A stretch of 64,000 nt of DNA from an uncultured bacterium (GTDB lineage Bacteria; Vulcanimicrobiota; JAJTBE01; CAYNGH01): NCBI GenBank assembly GCA_964396845.1, contig CAYNGH010000001.1:11936-75935 (forward strand), written 5' to 3'. This document shows positions 20,200 to 28,888 of this stretch, piece by piece. The notes beneath the pieces are model-generated. The model was not told the DNA's origin and ran no database searches. It saw only the letters and a list, made by a program, of their open reading frames with translations. The translations under genes were made by a program, and so were the position numbers. Positions within the stretch are counted from its first letter, which is position 1, and each line of letters opens with the position of its first letter.

Positions 20200-20769
20200 C
20201 TATCCGCCGTAGGTGGGATCGATAACGCCGAATCCATCTTTCCTGCGGTATATCACATTGATGGTATCTGTCTGGCCGTTGTTGAAAACAAAGAATGAGA
20301 AATCCAGGGCTTCCATTTCCTTGATGGCTTCTTCGATGGTCATCATCTTGGAGTTTATCATGGGGACCCGGATCACCAGGGGTTCTTCCATGATAATGTG
20401 TTCTTCCTTGACTTCCGAATCCTCTCCCCGGGGGCTTTCCACCTGGAAGAATTCCTCGTCCACGTGTTTTCTCGCCTTGGCGGCACGGCTCTTGTGCTTG
20501 CCTTTTTCTTTTTTAACCTGAATTTCCAGCTTGTCCAGCACCTTGTCAATGGATGTGTACATATCGTTGTTTCTCTCTTCGCCCCGCAGGACAAAGCCGT
20601 TGCCATACACGGTGACTTCCACAATGTGCCAGTTACGCTCTGTGGACATAGTGACTTCCGCAGAAATAATAGTATCCATGAACCGGACAATCTTGTCGAT
20701 TCTTTTTTCCGCGTAACTCTTCAGAGCATCGGTTACCTGAAAATTCTTGCCTTTTACAGTCAGCTGCAT
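20200..20769 (-). CDS. hpf: ribosome hibernation promoting factor (long HPF/RaiA family)
   Basis: MQLTVKGKNFQVTDALKSYAEKRIDKI... plus a C-terminal dimerisation domain. RBS GGGAGGG sits 4 nt upstream of this ATG. The longer ORF back to 20820 lacks an RBS. Confidence 0.85.
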   Translation of the reverse strand: MQLTVKGKNFQVTDALKSYAEKRIDKIVRFMDTIISAEVTMSTERNWHIVEVTVYGNGFVLRGEERNNDMYTSIDKVLDKLEIQVKKEKGKHKSRAAKARKHVDEEFFQVESPRGEDSEVKEEHIIMEEPLVIRVPMINSKMMTIEEAIKEMEALDFSFFVFNNGQTDTINVIYRRKDGFGVIDPTYGG

Positions 20770-20863
20770 TTTACCCTCCCTGTTGTATTTTAGGAGAAAT
20801 ATATCAAAACCAGTTTTCAATATGGGATCATCAAATCCTGCCGGAGAGCCATATCATTCCCCA

Positions 20864-21964
20864 TCAACCAGAAACAGCGCCGATTCTCCTGCGGGCTCTT
20901 TCCAGGTCTTCCTTGAACTTTTCGTTGTCAGGGGCCATCTCGTGAGCCTTCTGGTAGTTGGAAAGGGCTTCCTGAAGATGAGTTCTGTTCTGGCTGAAGT
21001 TATACTGCTTCTCCAGGGTCAGCCCCAGATGATAATAGCCTTCCGGGTCCCTGGGGTCCACCTCGATGGAGTGACGCAGAATATTAATCGCCTCACTGTA
21101 TTTCTTCAACTGGGTCAGGCTTTCTCCCAGATACACATATGCCCGGGCAAACCTTGGATCCGCTTCCACCGCCTTTGCATATTCTTCCGCCGCAGCCTGG
21201 TAATCCTCTGCCGCAAAAAGCCGTTCGCCGTTGATGAAATGGTGGATGGCCTTTTCGTTTATTCTCTGGGCTCCGGAGGTCTTCAGCCGGCCTTCATACA
21301 AATCAACAAACCTTCTGGCCACATCGTTTTCCGGGTCCACCCTCAAAAGGTCCTTGAACATTTTTTCCGCCATCTGATGGCGCCCCAGAGTGTTGTAAAG
21401 CAATCCCAGCCGGTATAGTGATGTCTTGTTACGGCTGTCGATTTTTAATATGTCCTCATAAGTGTTCATGGCTTCCTTGTTCATTTGCAGGTGGATGAAC
21501 AAATCCGCCATTTCTTCCCGAACCAGGATGTTTTTGGGTTCCTGCTGGGCGACTATATTGAGGATCTGCAGTGCAGTGTCAAAACGGCGATCCAGTATAT
21601 AAGCCTTTGCCAGTTGCGCCCGCATGTCCGCAGGCTGTTTAATGGCATATCCCACATGATCCGCAAGGCTGGCATAGAAGAATGCCACCTGGGGAATATC
21701 CCTGGGCCGACCGCTTTTCTTGGCCTCGGTTTCTGCTTCCATAAGAATCTTCAGAAAGATTCCCCGGACATGCTCATAAAATTCCTGGTCAACAATACGG
21801 CTGTTGGCTTTGGTCACGTTGTCCCACATGGTTTCATCCACGGAACCATAGCGCCGGAGAAGCTGTTCGTGTTCAAACTGGCTGGAACCCCATGCCATGG
21901 GGCAAACCGTCAGAACAAAAGCCACCGCCAGAATAATTACTGTTGTTTTTTTCAAACTAATCAC
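20864..21964 (-). CDS. secreted TPR-repeat protein
   Basis: Signal peptide MISLKKTTVIILAVAFVLTVCPMAWG. Multiple TPR-like helices (AEEYAKAVEADPRFARAYVYLGESL..., YYHLGLTLEKQ...). Confidence 0.75.
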   Translation of the reverse strand: MISLKKTTVIILAVAFVLTVCPMAWGSSQFEHEQLLRRYGSVDETMWDNVTKANSRIVDQEFYEHVRGIFLKILMEAETEAKKSGRPRDIPQVAFFYASLADHVGYAIKQPADMRAQLAKAYILDRRFDTALQILNIVAQQEPKNILVREEMADLFIHLQMNKEAMNTYEDILKIDSRNKTSLYRLGLLYNTLGRHQMAEKMFKDLLRVDPENDVARRFVDLYEGRLKTSGAQRINEKAIHHFINGERLFAAEDYQAAAEEYAKAVEADPRFARAYVYLGESLTQLKKYSEAINILRHSIEVDPRDPEGYYHLGLTLEKQYNFSQNRTHLQEALSNYQKAHEMAPDNEKFKEDLERARRRIGAVSG

Positions 21965-22350
21965 TCCCTGTCCTGTCAGAATTGCAGTAATATTTAATCA
22001 CTGGCGCAAAAGACGGAACATCTCTTCTCATGATACACTCCAACAGTTATTCATCCCTGATACATCGAATCCTTCCTGCTCTTTTCTGTCATAATATACC
22101 ACAACAGTCATCGGGGACCGCCCTGTCTAAATCACTGGAATAAATGGAAATGGAGTTGCTCAAAGCAAAAAGTGGATGGAAGATTTTTTAGCAAACCCAA
22201 GTATCATCGAGAAAATATCTGGCCATACAAAAAAAAGGGAAGAAGCAGTCTTCTTTTATGAAAACCTAATAGAACACACAACAAAAAAAAGTAATAACAA
22301 GAATTGCAAATGGTTGTCATTACGTGAGTTGAAGCTTATTGAAGAAGGGT

Positions 22351-22377
22351 CGGTGGAACCTTGTAAAGGTTCCACCG
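22351..22377 (-). terminator. perfect 12-bp hairpin (cggtggaacctt gta aaggttccaccg) downstream of the peroxiredoxin gene; putative intrinsic terminator
   Basis: Perfect inverted repeat in an AT-rich intergenic region 35-60 nt past the stop codon. The 3' tail on the minus strand is only moderately U-rich. Confidence 0.45.
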
Positions 22378-22410
22378 AAAACGCATAAATTGCGCAAGTC
22401 CTGATGGAAT

Positions 22411-23181
22411 TTAATGATCCTTCTGGGGATCCCATTCCTTCCAGACCTTTCCTGCCAGGTCCGGCCTGGGCTTGAGGGTTTTCTTTCCCGGCTCCCAGCC
22501 TGCGGGCAAAACTTCTCCGGTTTTCCGTACATGCTGGAAAGCTTTGACCTGTCGGATGGTTTCTTCGATCTTGCGTCCAACGGAGGGTGTGAGAATTTCC
22601 ATGGCCTGAATTACCCCGTCGGGATCGATGATGAACCGCCCCCGGACATTAACCCCTGCCTGATCATCATAGACTCCGTAAACTCGGCCGATTTTCCCCC
22701 CTGCATCACTGAGCATGGGGTATGGAACTCCGCCGGGGATCATCTTCGACAATTCGGTTTCCTGCCATATCTTGTGAGCAAACCGGCTGTCGGTACTCAT
22801 TGACAGGACCTGAACATTGAGCTTGTCAAGTTCATTCATCTTGACGGCAACTGCCGTCAATTCCGTTGGTCAGACAAAGGTGAAGTCACCGGGATAGAAG
22901 CATAAAAGAACCCACTTTCCCCGGAAATCCGAGAGTTTCAGGTTTTTGAAACCTCCCTGGTGATATGCTCCTGCTTCGAAATCCGGAGCAACCTGGCCAA
23001 TCCGGGCAACATTCTGTGTTACAGGGGCAGGATTGCTCCCTGCAGGGGTGTTCTGCTGGCTGTTAACCACCGGCCCCTTTGCACTGCTGACGCAACCGGA
23101 GTTATCGGCCCCGGCTGGCATTATCATCAATGCAATAAAAATTACCCCAATCAGAAGAGTCAGCTTCACTGGTATCTTCAC
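22411..23181 (-). CDS. selenocysteine-containing peroxiredoxin (AhpC/TSA family, periplasmic); in-frame UGA (+ strand 22870..22872) at the peroxidatic-Cys position
   Basis: The ORF track splits this into 22870..23181 and 22411..22860. They are in the same frame and separated only by one TGA. The junction reads [19 protein letters not shown] against the canonical Prx motif FYPLDFTFVCPTE. There is a signal peptide at the N-terminus, and the RBS AGGAGG lies upstream of 23181. Confidence 0.8.
22841..22860 (-). promoter_or_regulatory. putative bacterial SECIS hairpin 9 nt downstream of the UGA codon
   Basis: mRNA reads UGA CCAACGGAA UUGACGGC AGUU GCCGUCAA. That is a perfect 8-bp stem with a 4-nt loop, correctly spaced for SelB-dependent recoding. 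Confidence 0.55.
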
Positions 23182-23366
23182 GTATCATTCACCTCCTTTC
23201 GTTATAATTTTCACATATTAATTCCCCCTGCACCGGGATAACCCTTCACTGCATCTTGAAAGGCTGTCCCGGCGATCCCGGGAGAAGGAGAATATCAAAG
23301 CCGGGAGAAGGTTTGGGGAAATTTTAATAATCTGCCCATTTTGGGCCGGCAGAAAGGCAGTAATTC

Positions 23367-24575
23367 ATGAACAGACCCGATAAACCCCTTCGCAAGGTGG
23401 CCTTGATTTTCGGCACCAGACCCGAAGGGGTCAAGATGGCGCCGGTGGTTCTGGAGCTTCAGAAGCGGAAATGCATCACAACCCAGGTAATAGTAACCGC
23501 CCAGCACCGGGAAATGCTGGACCAGGTTTTGTCCCTCTTTGATATAATCCCCGATAAAGACCTGGACATAATGGAACCGGGCCAGACTCTGACCAGGATC
23601 ACCACAAAAGCCCTGACAGGGCTGGAAACCCTGTTCTCTGAAGATCCCCCGGACTTGGTCCTGACTCAGGGTGATACCACCACTGCCTTTACTGCATCCC
23701 TGGCGGCCTTTTATCAGAAAATCCCCGTGGGACACGTGGAAGCAGGGCTTCGAACCGATACCATATATGACCCCTTTCCAGAAGAAATGAACCGCCGGAT
23801 GATTTCCACCATTGCCAGCCTCAACTTTGCCCCGACTCCCCTGTCGGTGGAAAACCTGCTCCGTTTCGGGGTTTCCCGGGACACTGTTTTTCTGACAGGA
23901 AACACCGTAATCGATGCCCTGATGCATATTGTGGAAAAGAGAGCAGATAGCGCACCCGGAGAAATCCGGAGGCTGATCCGCCCCGGTATGAGGATGCTTC
24001 TGGTGGAGGCCCACCGCCGGGAGAACCTTGGCGAACCTATGGAAAATATCTGCCGTGCTTTGCTGGGGCTGGTGGAGGATTATCCTGACACATACATTAT
24101 ATTCCCGGTACATCGAAACCCCAGAGTGCGGGAAACGGTTTTTTCCATCCTGAAGGATCACGACCGCATCAGTCTTTTGGAGCCGGTGGATTACCCGGCA
24201 CTGGTGTATCTGATGAAGGAGTCATACATGATTCTGACCGATTCTGGAGGGATTCAGGAAGAAGCCCCATCCCTGGCAAGACCTGTGCTGGTCATGCGTC
24301 GCACCACCGAACGTCCCGAAGGAATCGAAGCTGGAACTGCAAAACTGGCAGGGGTAAAGGAGGCTGACATATACCGCCTTGGAGGCGAACTCCTGAAGAA
24401 CCCAGAAATTTACAAGGCCATGGCTAAAATGGCAAACCCCTATGGCGACGGCAGAGCCGCAGTGCGTATCGCCGATGCCATAGAACACCATTTCCAGCTT
24501 AGATCCCAACCGATGGATCCCTTTCATCCCGATCCCTGGGAAAGGATAATCCCCACATGGGGAGATCCCGCCTGA
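23367..24575 (+). CDS. wecB: UDP-N-acetylglucosamine 2-epimerase (non-hydrolysing)
   Basis: KVALIFGTRPEGVKMAPVV...VTAQHREMLDQVL...HVEAGLRT...; 402 aa. Confidence 0.9.
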   Translation: MNRPDKPLRKVALIFGTRPEGVKMAPVVLELQKRKCITTQVIVTAQHREMLDQVLSLFDIIPDKDLDIMEPGQTLTRITTKALTGLETLFSEDPPDLVLTQGDTTTAFTASLAAFYQKIPVGHVEAGLRTDTIYDPFPEEMNRRMISTIASLNFAPTPLSVENLLRFGVSRDTVFLTGNTVIDALMHIVEKRADSAPGEIRRLIRPGMRMLLVEAHRRENLGEPMENICRALLGLVEDYPDTYIIFPVHRNPRVRETVFSILKDHDRISLLEPVDYPALVYLMKESYMILTDSGGIQEEAPSLARPVLVMRRTTERPEGIEAGTAKLAGVKEADIYRLGGELLKNPEIYKAMAKMANPYGDGRAAVRIADAIEHHFQLRSQPMDPFHPDPWERIIPTWGDPA

Positions 24576-24616
24576 TTCCCGCTTTTCTGGCAGTGCATAT
24601 GGGGTTTTATGCCCAT

Positions 24617-25825
24617 CTATGAATCCCGGTATAGTAGATACTTTTCTCGAAGGGGGCGGAAGGCCCGGATGTCCGATTCCATCTTTTCAGACAGAAGGGA
24701 AAGCCCAGTCTGTTTTTCCACCGCCATCCGCAGGGAATCATCTCCCCACAGGATGTCGATGGGCATCTTTTCATATTCGTATTCATAAGGAGGCTCCTTC
24801 CACCGGAAGGATTCGGGGTAAAGCTCCCCGATGGCATAGATAAGACAAGCGTAGGTTTGAACCGGCAGGAATTCATCCCGGCAGGTGACGGCAACCTGAA
24901 CACCGCCACATGTAACTCCTGAGAACTTGTGAAAGGTTGGCTCGAAGCTGGCGGGCCGGAAATAAACTCCCGGCAGGGCCATGTTGTTGAGATGATCCGC
25001 CAGGCGGTATGATTCAATGAATGGAGCGCCCACCAGCTCAAAGGGCCGGGTGGTTCCCCGTCCCTCGCTGATGTTGGTGGCCTCTAACAGACAACCGCCG
25101 GGATAAACCGTTGCAGTGTCAAGGGTGGGCATGTTGGGAGAAGGCAAAACCCAGGGCAGACCGGTTTCATCAAACCAGGAGGATCGAAGCCATCCCCGGC
25201 AGGGAACCACCTGCAACCGGCAACCAATCTCTTCTTCGGTGTTGATCATGCTCAGAAGCTCTCCCATAGTCATAGCGTGGCGGATGGGAGTTTCATACAG
25301 GCCCACAAAGGATCGGAATTCCCGGCTCAGGGTGGGGCCTTCCATCATATGGCCCCCGATGGGGTTGGGCCGATCCAGCACCGTCACCGGGATGTTCTGG
25401 CCGGCGCATGCCTCGAGGCAGAGGCGGGCAGTCCAGGCAAAGGTATAATAACGGCTCCCAATGTCAGGCAAATCGATTATCAGGTGATCAATATCCCGAA
25501 GCATTTCCGGTGTGGGTTTGCGATGCTGACCATAGAGAGAATGGGCCGGCAGTCCCAGCCGTGAATCCCGGAAGCTCTGCCATTCAATCATATTATCCTG
25601 AGTAGTCCCCCACAACCCATGCTGAGGGCCGAAGAGAGCGCATAATTCAACCCCGGGGTGACGGCGCAACAGGTCCACGGCATGAATCATCTTCCTGTTG
25701 ACTGATGCCTGATTTACCAGCAGGCCCACTCTGGCACTCCGGATGAAATCAAAATCTTCTGCCTCCAGGATGTCAAGACCTGTCCATACTGTGTCTGTGG
25801 ATGTGACGGGGGCCATTGTTTTCAT
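24617..25825 (-). CDS. DUF1343 family protein (NamZ-like exo-beta-N-acetylmuramidase family)
   Basis: N-terminal GLDILEAEDFDFIRSARVGLLVNQASV is characteristic of DUF1343; ~400 aa. Confidence 0.7.
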   Translation of the reverse strand: MKTMAPVTSTDTVWTGLDILEAEDFDFIRSARVGLLVNQASVNRKMIHAVDLLRRHPGVELCALFGPQHGLWGTTQDNMIEWQSFRDSRLGLPAHSLYGQHRKPTPEMLRDIDHLIIDLPDIGSRYYTFAWTARLCLEACAGQNIPVTVLDRPNPIGGHMMEGPTLSREFRSFVGLYETPIRHAMTMGELLSMINTEEEIGCRLQVVPCRGWLRSSWFDETGLPWVLPSPNMPTLDTATVYPGGCLLEATNISEGRGTTRPFELVGAPFIESYRLADHLNNMALPGVYFRPASFEPTFHKFSGVTCGGVQVAVTCRDEFLPVQTYACLIYAIGELYPESFRWKEPPYEYEYEKMPIDILWGDDSLRMAVEKQTGLSLLSEKMESDIRAFRPLREKYLLYRDS

Positions 25826-25844
25826 TGCATTTCTCCTGCCGTTG

Positions 25845-27377
25845 TCAGTTGTAACCCTTTGACCTGAGATAACTCAAAGCCCTGTCTAACTGGGCATCTT
25901 CATCTTCAAAGTTGAACCCCGGGGGGGATCCTTCGGCAATGTCGGGGAGGATCCCGTTATTGTTGATGGAAAACCCTTTGGGAGTATAGATTTTTTCTAT
26001 AGTCAACTTGATGCCCGCCCCTTCTGCCAGCCGCCATGTTCGCTGGACAGAACCTTTCCCCCGGGTTCTGGTGCCGATGATGACGGCAATGCCATGATCC
26101 TTGAGGGATCCTGCGGCGATTTCCGATGATGATGCGGTATGTTCGTTCACCAGAACTACCACGGGTATGAAAACCACCCGGCGTCCCCGGACATGAATCC
26201 GCCTTTCTTTGTCGTCCCTGTGCCGGAAGGTGGCAATCAGGGACCCCCTGGGGAGGAAAGCCCCGCAAAGTTGCTGGGCAGAACTGACCAGTCCTCCGGG
26301 ATTGTTTCGCAAATCCAGCACCAGAGCGGAAATCTCCTTGCCTTCAAGGCTGGAATAAGCCCGACGGAATTCTTCGTCTAATTCTTCCTTGAAGCTGTCG
26401 ATCCGGATATATCCGATCCTGTTGCCGATAACTTTTTCGTGGACAGAATGAACCACGATCCGCCCCCGGATAATTTTAACCGTCAGGGCTTCATCTCCCC
26501 GCAATATAGAAAGGGTTACCGGGGTGTTCTCCTCTCCCTTGATCCGGTTGGAAACCTGTTCCAGGCTTTCTCCTTTTACCGGTTTGCCATCAATATCAGT
26601 GATGAGATCCTCTTCCAGAAGACCTGCCTTCTGGGCAGGGCCTTCCTTGAAGACTTCCATTATCTTCACATGTTCCGTGTTTCTATCTTTGACAATCCTG
26701 ATGCCGATGCCAAAATACTTGCTCTGATGGGTGCGCTCCAAAAACTCTTCATACTCGGCGGGGGAAAGAAACTCGCAGTGGTTGTCCTGCAGTCCTTCAA
26801 TCATTCCCCGGATGCAGGCATAAAAGAGGATCCTCTGATCAATCCTGTGGGAGTAAGCATCCGCCACTCCCTTGAAAAAACTTTCGTCGGAGGCCATATC
26901 ATCAAGAGAATCCCTGGAAAATCCGCTCTCTTCGAGGATCATTGCAATCTCGTTGCGGGCGCCTTCCATCAGGGTTGAGGTGGAAATCTCATCCACATAG
27001 TCCGATTGAATCCTCCCCAGCACAGACTGGCAAAGGCGCAGTGTCGGATTGAAGTCCAGGGGAGCCTGCCCCGTCAGGTATTGATGGTAATAGCTGTATT
27101 CATCAGGAGGCCTGACGGAGTCGTCAATTTCGAAATCATCTTCTGCCCTCGTCCTGGGCAGGTATGTGATGTCAGGCATGGGTTCTGCCGATGCGGTATC
27201 GGTGGAATTTACCGCCGAGGTTTTGCGGTTCGGATTTATGAGTTCCCTCAGATAAAGCTGTGCCTGGGGCGGAGCCAGAAGGTATAGAACAAAACCGAGT
27301 ATTACAGCAAAAACCGCCAATATCCGGCGATAATCCTTTGATTTGTCTTGTCTGGGGTTTTGTCCGTCCTGCTCCAT
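25845..27377 (-). CDS. ctp: carboxyl-terminal processing protease (S41 family) with PDZ domain
   Basis: PDZ block GIGIRIVKD...IMEVFKEGPAQKAGLLEEDLITDIDGKPV. Catalytic region LVLDLRNNPGGLVSSAQQ...TASSSEIAAG. Confidence 0.85.
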   Translation of the reverse strand: MEQDGQNPRQDKSKDYRRILAVFAVILGFVLYLLAPPQAQLYLRELINPNRKTSAVNSTDTASAEPMPDITYLPRTRAEDDFEIDDSVRPPDEYSYYHQYLTGQAPLDFNPTLRLCQSVLGRIQSDYVDEISTSTLMEGARNEIAMILEESGFSRDSLDDMASDESFFKGVADAYSHRIDQRILFYACIRGMIEGLQDNHCEFLSPAEYEEFLERTHQSKYFGIGIRIVKDRNTEHVKIMEVFKEGPAQKAGLLEEDLITDIDGKPVKGESLEQVSNRIKGEENTPVTLSILRGDEALTVKIIRGRIVVHSVHEKVIGNRIGYIRIDSFKEELDEEFRRAYSSLEGKEISALVLDLRNNPGGLVSSAQQLCGAFLPRGSLIATFRHRDDKERRIHVRGRRVVFIPVVVLVNEHTASSSEIAAGSLKDHGIAVIIGTRTRGKGSVQRTWRLAEGAGIKLTIEKIYTPKGFSINNNGILPDIAEGSPPGFNFEDEDAQLDRALSYLRSKGYN

Positions 27378-27485
27378 AAGACCATTTTAATGGAAAGTTG
27401 AAATAAAGGCAAGTACCCTGACGATGGAGGCTTTTTTTACAACAGGCGGAATCTGTGTTTTGAAGCTATAATTATTGGAGAGCAT

Positions 27486-28844
27486 ATGAGCCGATATGAG
27501 GCTGATATCATAGTCGTAGGGGCCGGCCCTGCAGGAGTCTGTTGTGCCCTTTCCGCCTGCCGGAGTGGGGCCGGGGTCCTTCTGCTGGAGAGAGCGCCCA
27601 TGGTGGGGGGAGTCCCTGCCGGAGCCAGGGTTCATTCCACCCTTACGTTTCATGGCAGGTATGGACAGCGGATTATCGGCGGAATAGCCGGTGAGATTAT
27701 TGATCATATGAAAGCAGCCGGAGGGAGTCCCGGTCATCTGCGGGACACCGTGGGAGTTGCTCATTCGGTGACCCCTGTGGATCCTGATATTCTTCCCCTG
27801 GTGCTTCAGGATATGCTTCACCGGGAAGGAGTTCACCTTCTTCTGGAGGCCAGTTACCTTGGTTGCACCATGGACGGCCCCAGGATAAAATCCATCCATG
27901 GGGTTCATCCGGGAGGCAGTTTTACGGCAGAGGGCAGAGTTTTTGTGGACTGCACAGGTTCGGGCCGGCTTTCTGCCGATGCGGGAGCTTCTTTCCGGCA
28001 GGGCAGGGACGGGGTGGTGATGCCTGCCACATTAATGTTTGAAGTGGAACCGGTGGACATGGACCAGGTAATGGATTATGCCCTTTCCCACCGGGATCAG
28101 TTTCATCATGAAACCCTTTTTGATCACCTGAAAAAGTCCCCGGCACCGGGGTTTTCTGGTTTCTTTGACTTGTGGAGGGATGCCCGGCTTCCGGTTCCCA
28201 GGGATCGCCTGCTTTTCTATTCATCGGTCATTCCCGGTCGCGTTGGGATTAATTCAACCCGGATAACTCCTTTTGACCCTGAAGATCCCCTTTCAGTCAC
28301 CAAAGCTTACCGGGAAGGCCGACGGCAGGTGCAGGCAATTACCAGATTTCTCCGGGAGAAGATTCCCGGCTTTTCCTGCTGTCATCTGGCCTCAGTGGCG
28401 CCTTTTCTGGGAGTCCGGGAAGTCCGCCGGGTTGAAGGTGAATATGTCCTGACTGCCGGGGATACGGCCATGGGGACTGTTTTTGAAGATCGGGTGGCCC
28501 TGGGCGGTTTTCCCGTGGATATTCATTCCCCCCAGGGTTCGGGCATCGAGTCGGCCCCTCTGGGTGGGAGGGGATATTACGGCATTCCATACAGATGCCT
28601 CATCCCAAAAGGTATTGACAATCTCCTGATGGCGGGGAAGTGTTTCTCCGGGGACTTCACAGCTCATGCCTCGGCTCGGGTTCAGGCGACTTCCATGGCC
28701 ATGGGGCAGGGTGCCGGCGTTGCTTCTGCCATATGTATTCAGGAGAAAAAACCTCCCCGGGAGATTGATATAAGCAAAATCCAGGATGAAATCCTCCGGC
28801 AGGGAGGTCTTCTGGACCCGGCAGAAGAGGGTGATTTGCCCTGA
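27486..28844 (+). CDS. FAD-dependent oxidoreductase (FAD_oxidored-type)
   Basis: N-terminal dinucleotide-binding motif DIIVVGAGPAGVCCALSACRSGAGVLLLER; 452 aa. Confidence 0.7.
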   Translation: MSRYEADIIVVGAGPAGVCCALSACRSGAGVLLLERAPMVGGVPAGARVHSTLTFHGRYGQRIIGGIAGEIIDHMKAAGGSPGHLRDTVGVAHSVTPVDPDILPLVLQDMLHREGVHLLLEASYLGCTMDGPRIKSIHGVHPGGSFTAEGRVFVDCTGSGRLSADAGASFRQGRDGVVMPATLMFEVEPVDMDQVMDYALSHRDQFHHETLFDHLKKSPAPGFSGFFDLWRDARLPVPRDRLLFYSSVIPGRVGINSTRITPFDPEDPLSVTKAYREGRRQVQAITRFLREKIPGFSCCHLASVAPFLGVREVRRVEGEYVLTAGDTAMGTVFEDRVALGGFPVDIHSPQGSGIESAPLGGRGYYGIPYRCLIPKGIDNLLMAGKCFSGDFTAHASARVQATSMAMGQGAGVASAICIQEKKPPREIDISKIQDEILRQGGLLDPAEEGDLP

Positions 28845-28888
28845 GGCTTACTGAAGAAAGAAAAAGCGACATTATCTGCCTTGTCATT

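Noticed and set aside
22176-22388. 70-aa plus-strand ORF in the AT-rich spacer between the TPR gene and the peroxiredoxin gene.
   Set aside because: It has Lys/Asn-rich low-complexity composition typical of AT-rich non-coding DNA and no RBS. It spans the putative terminator hairpin. It is more likely promoter/terminator spacer.
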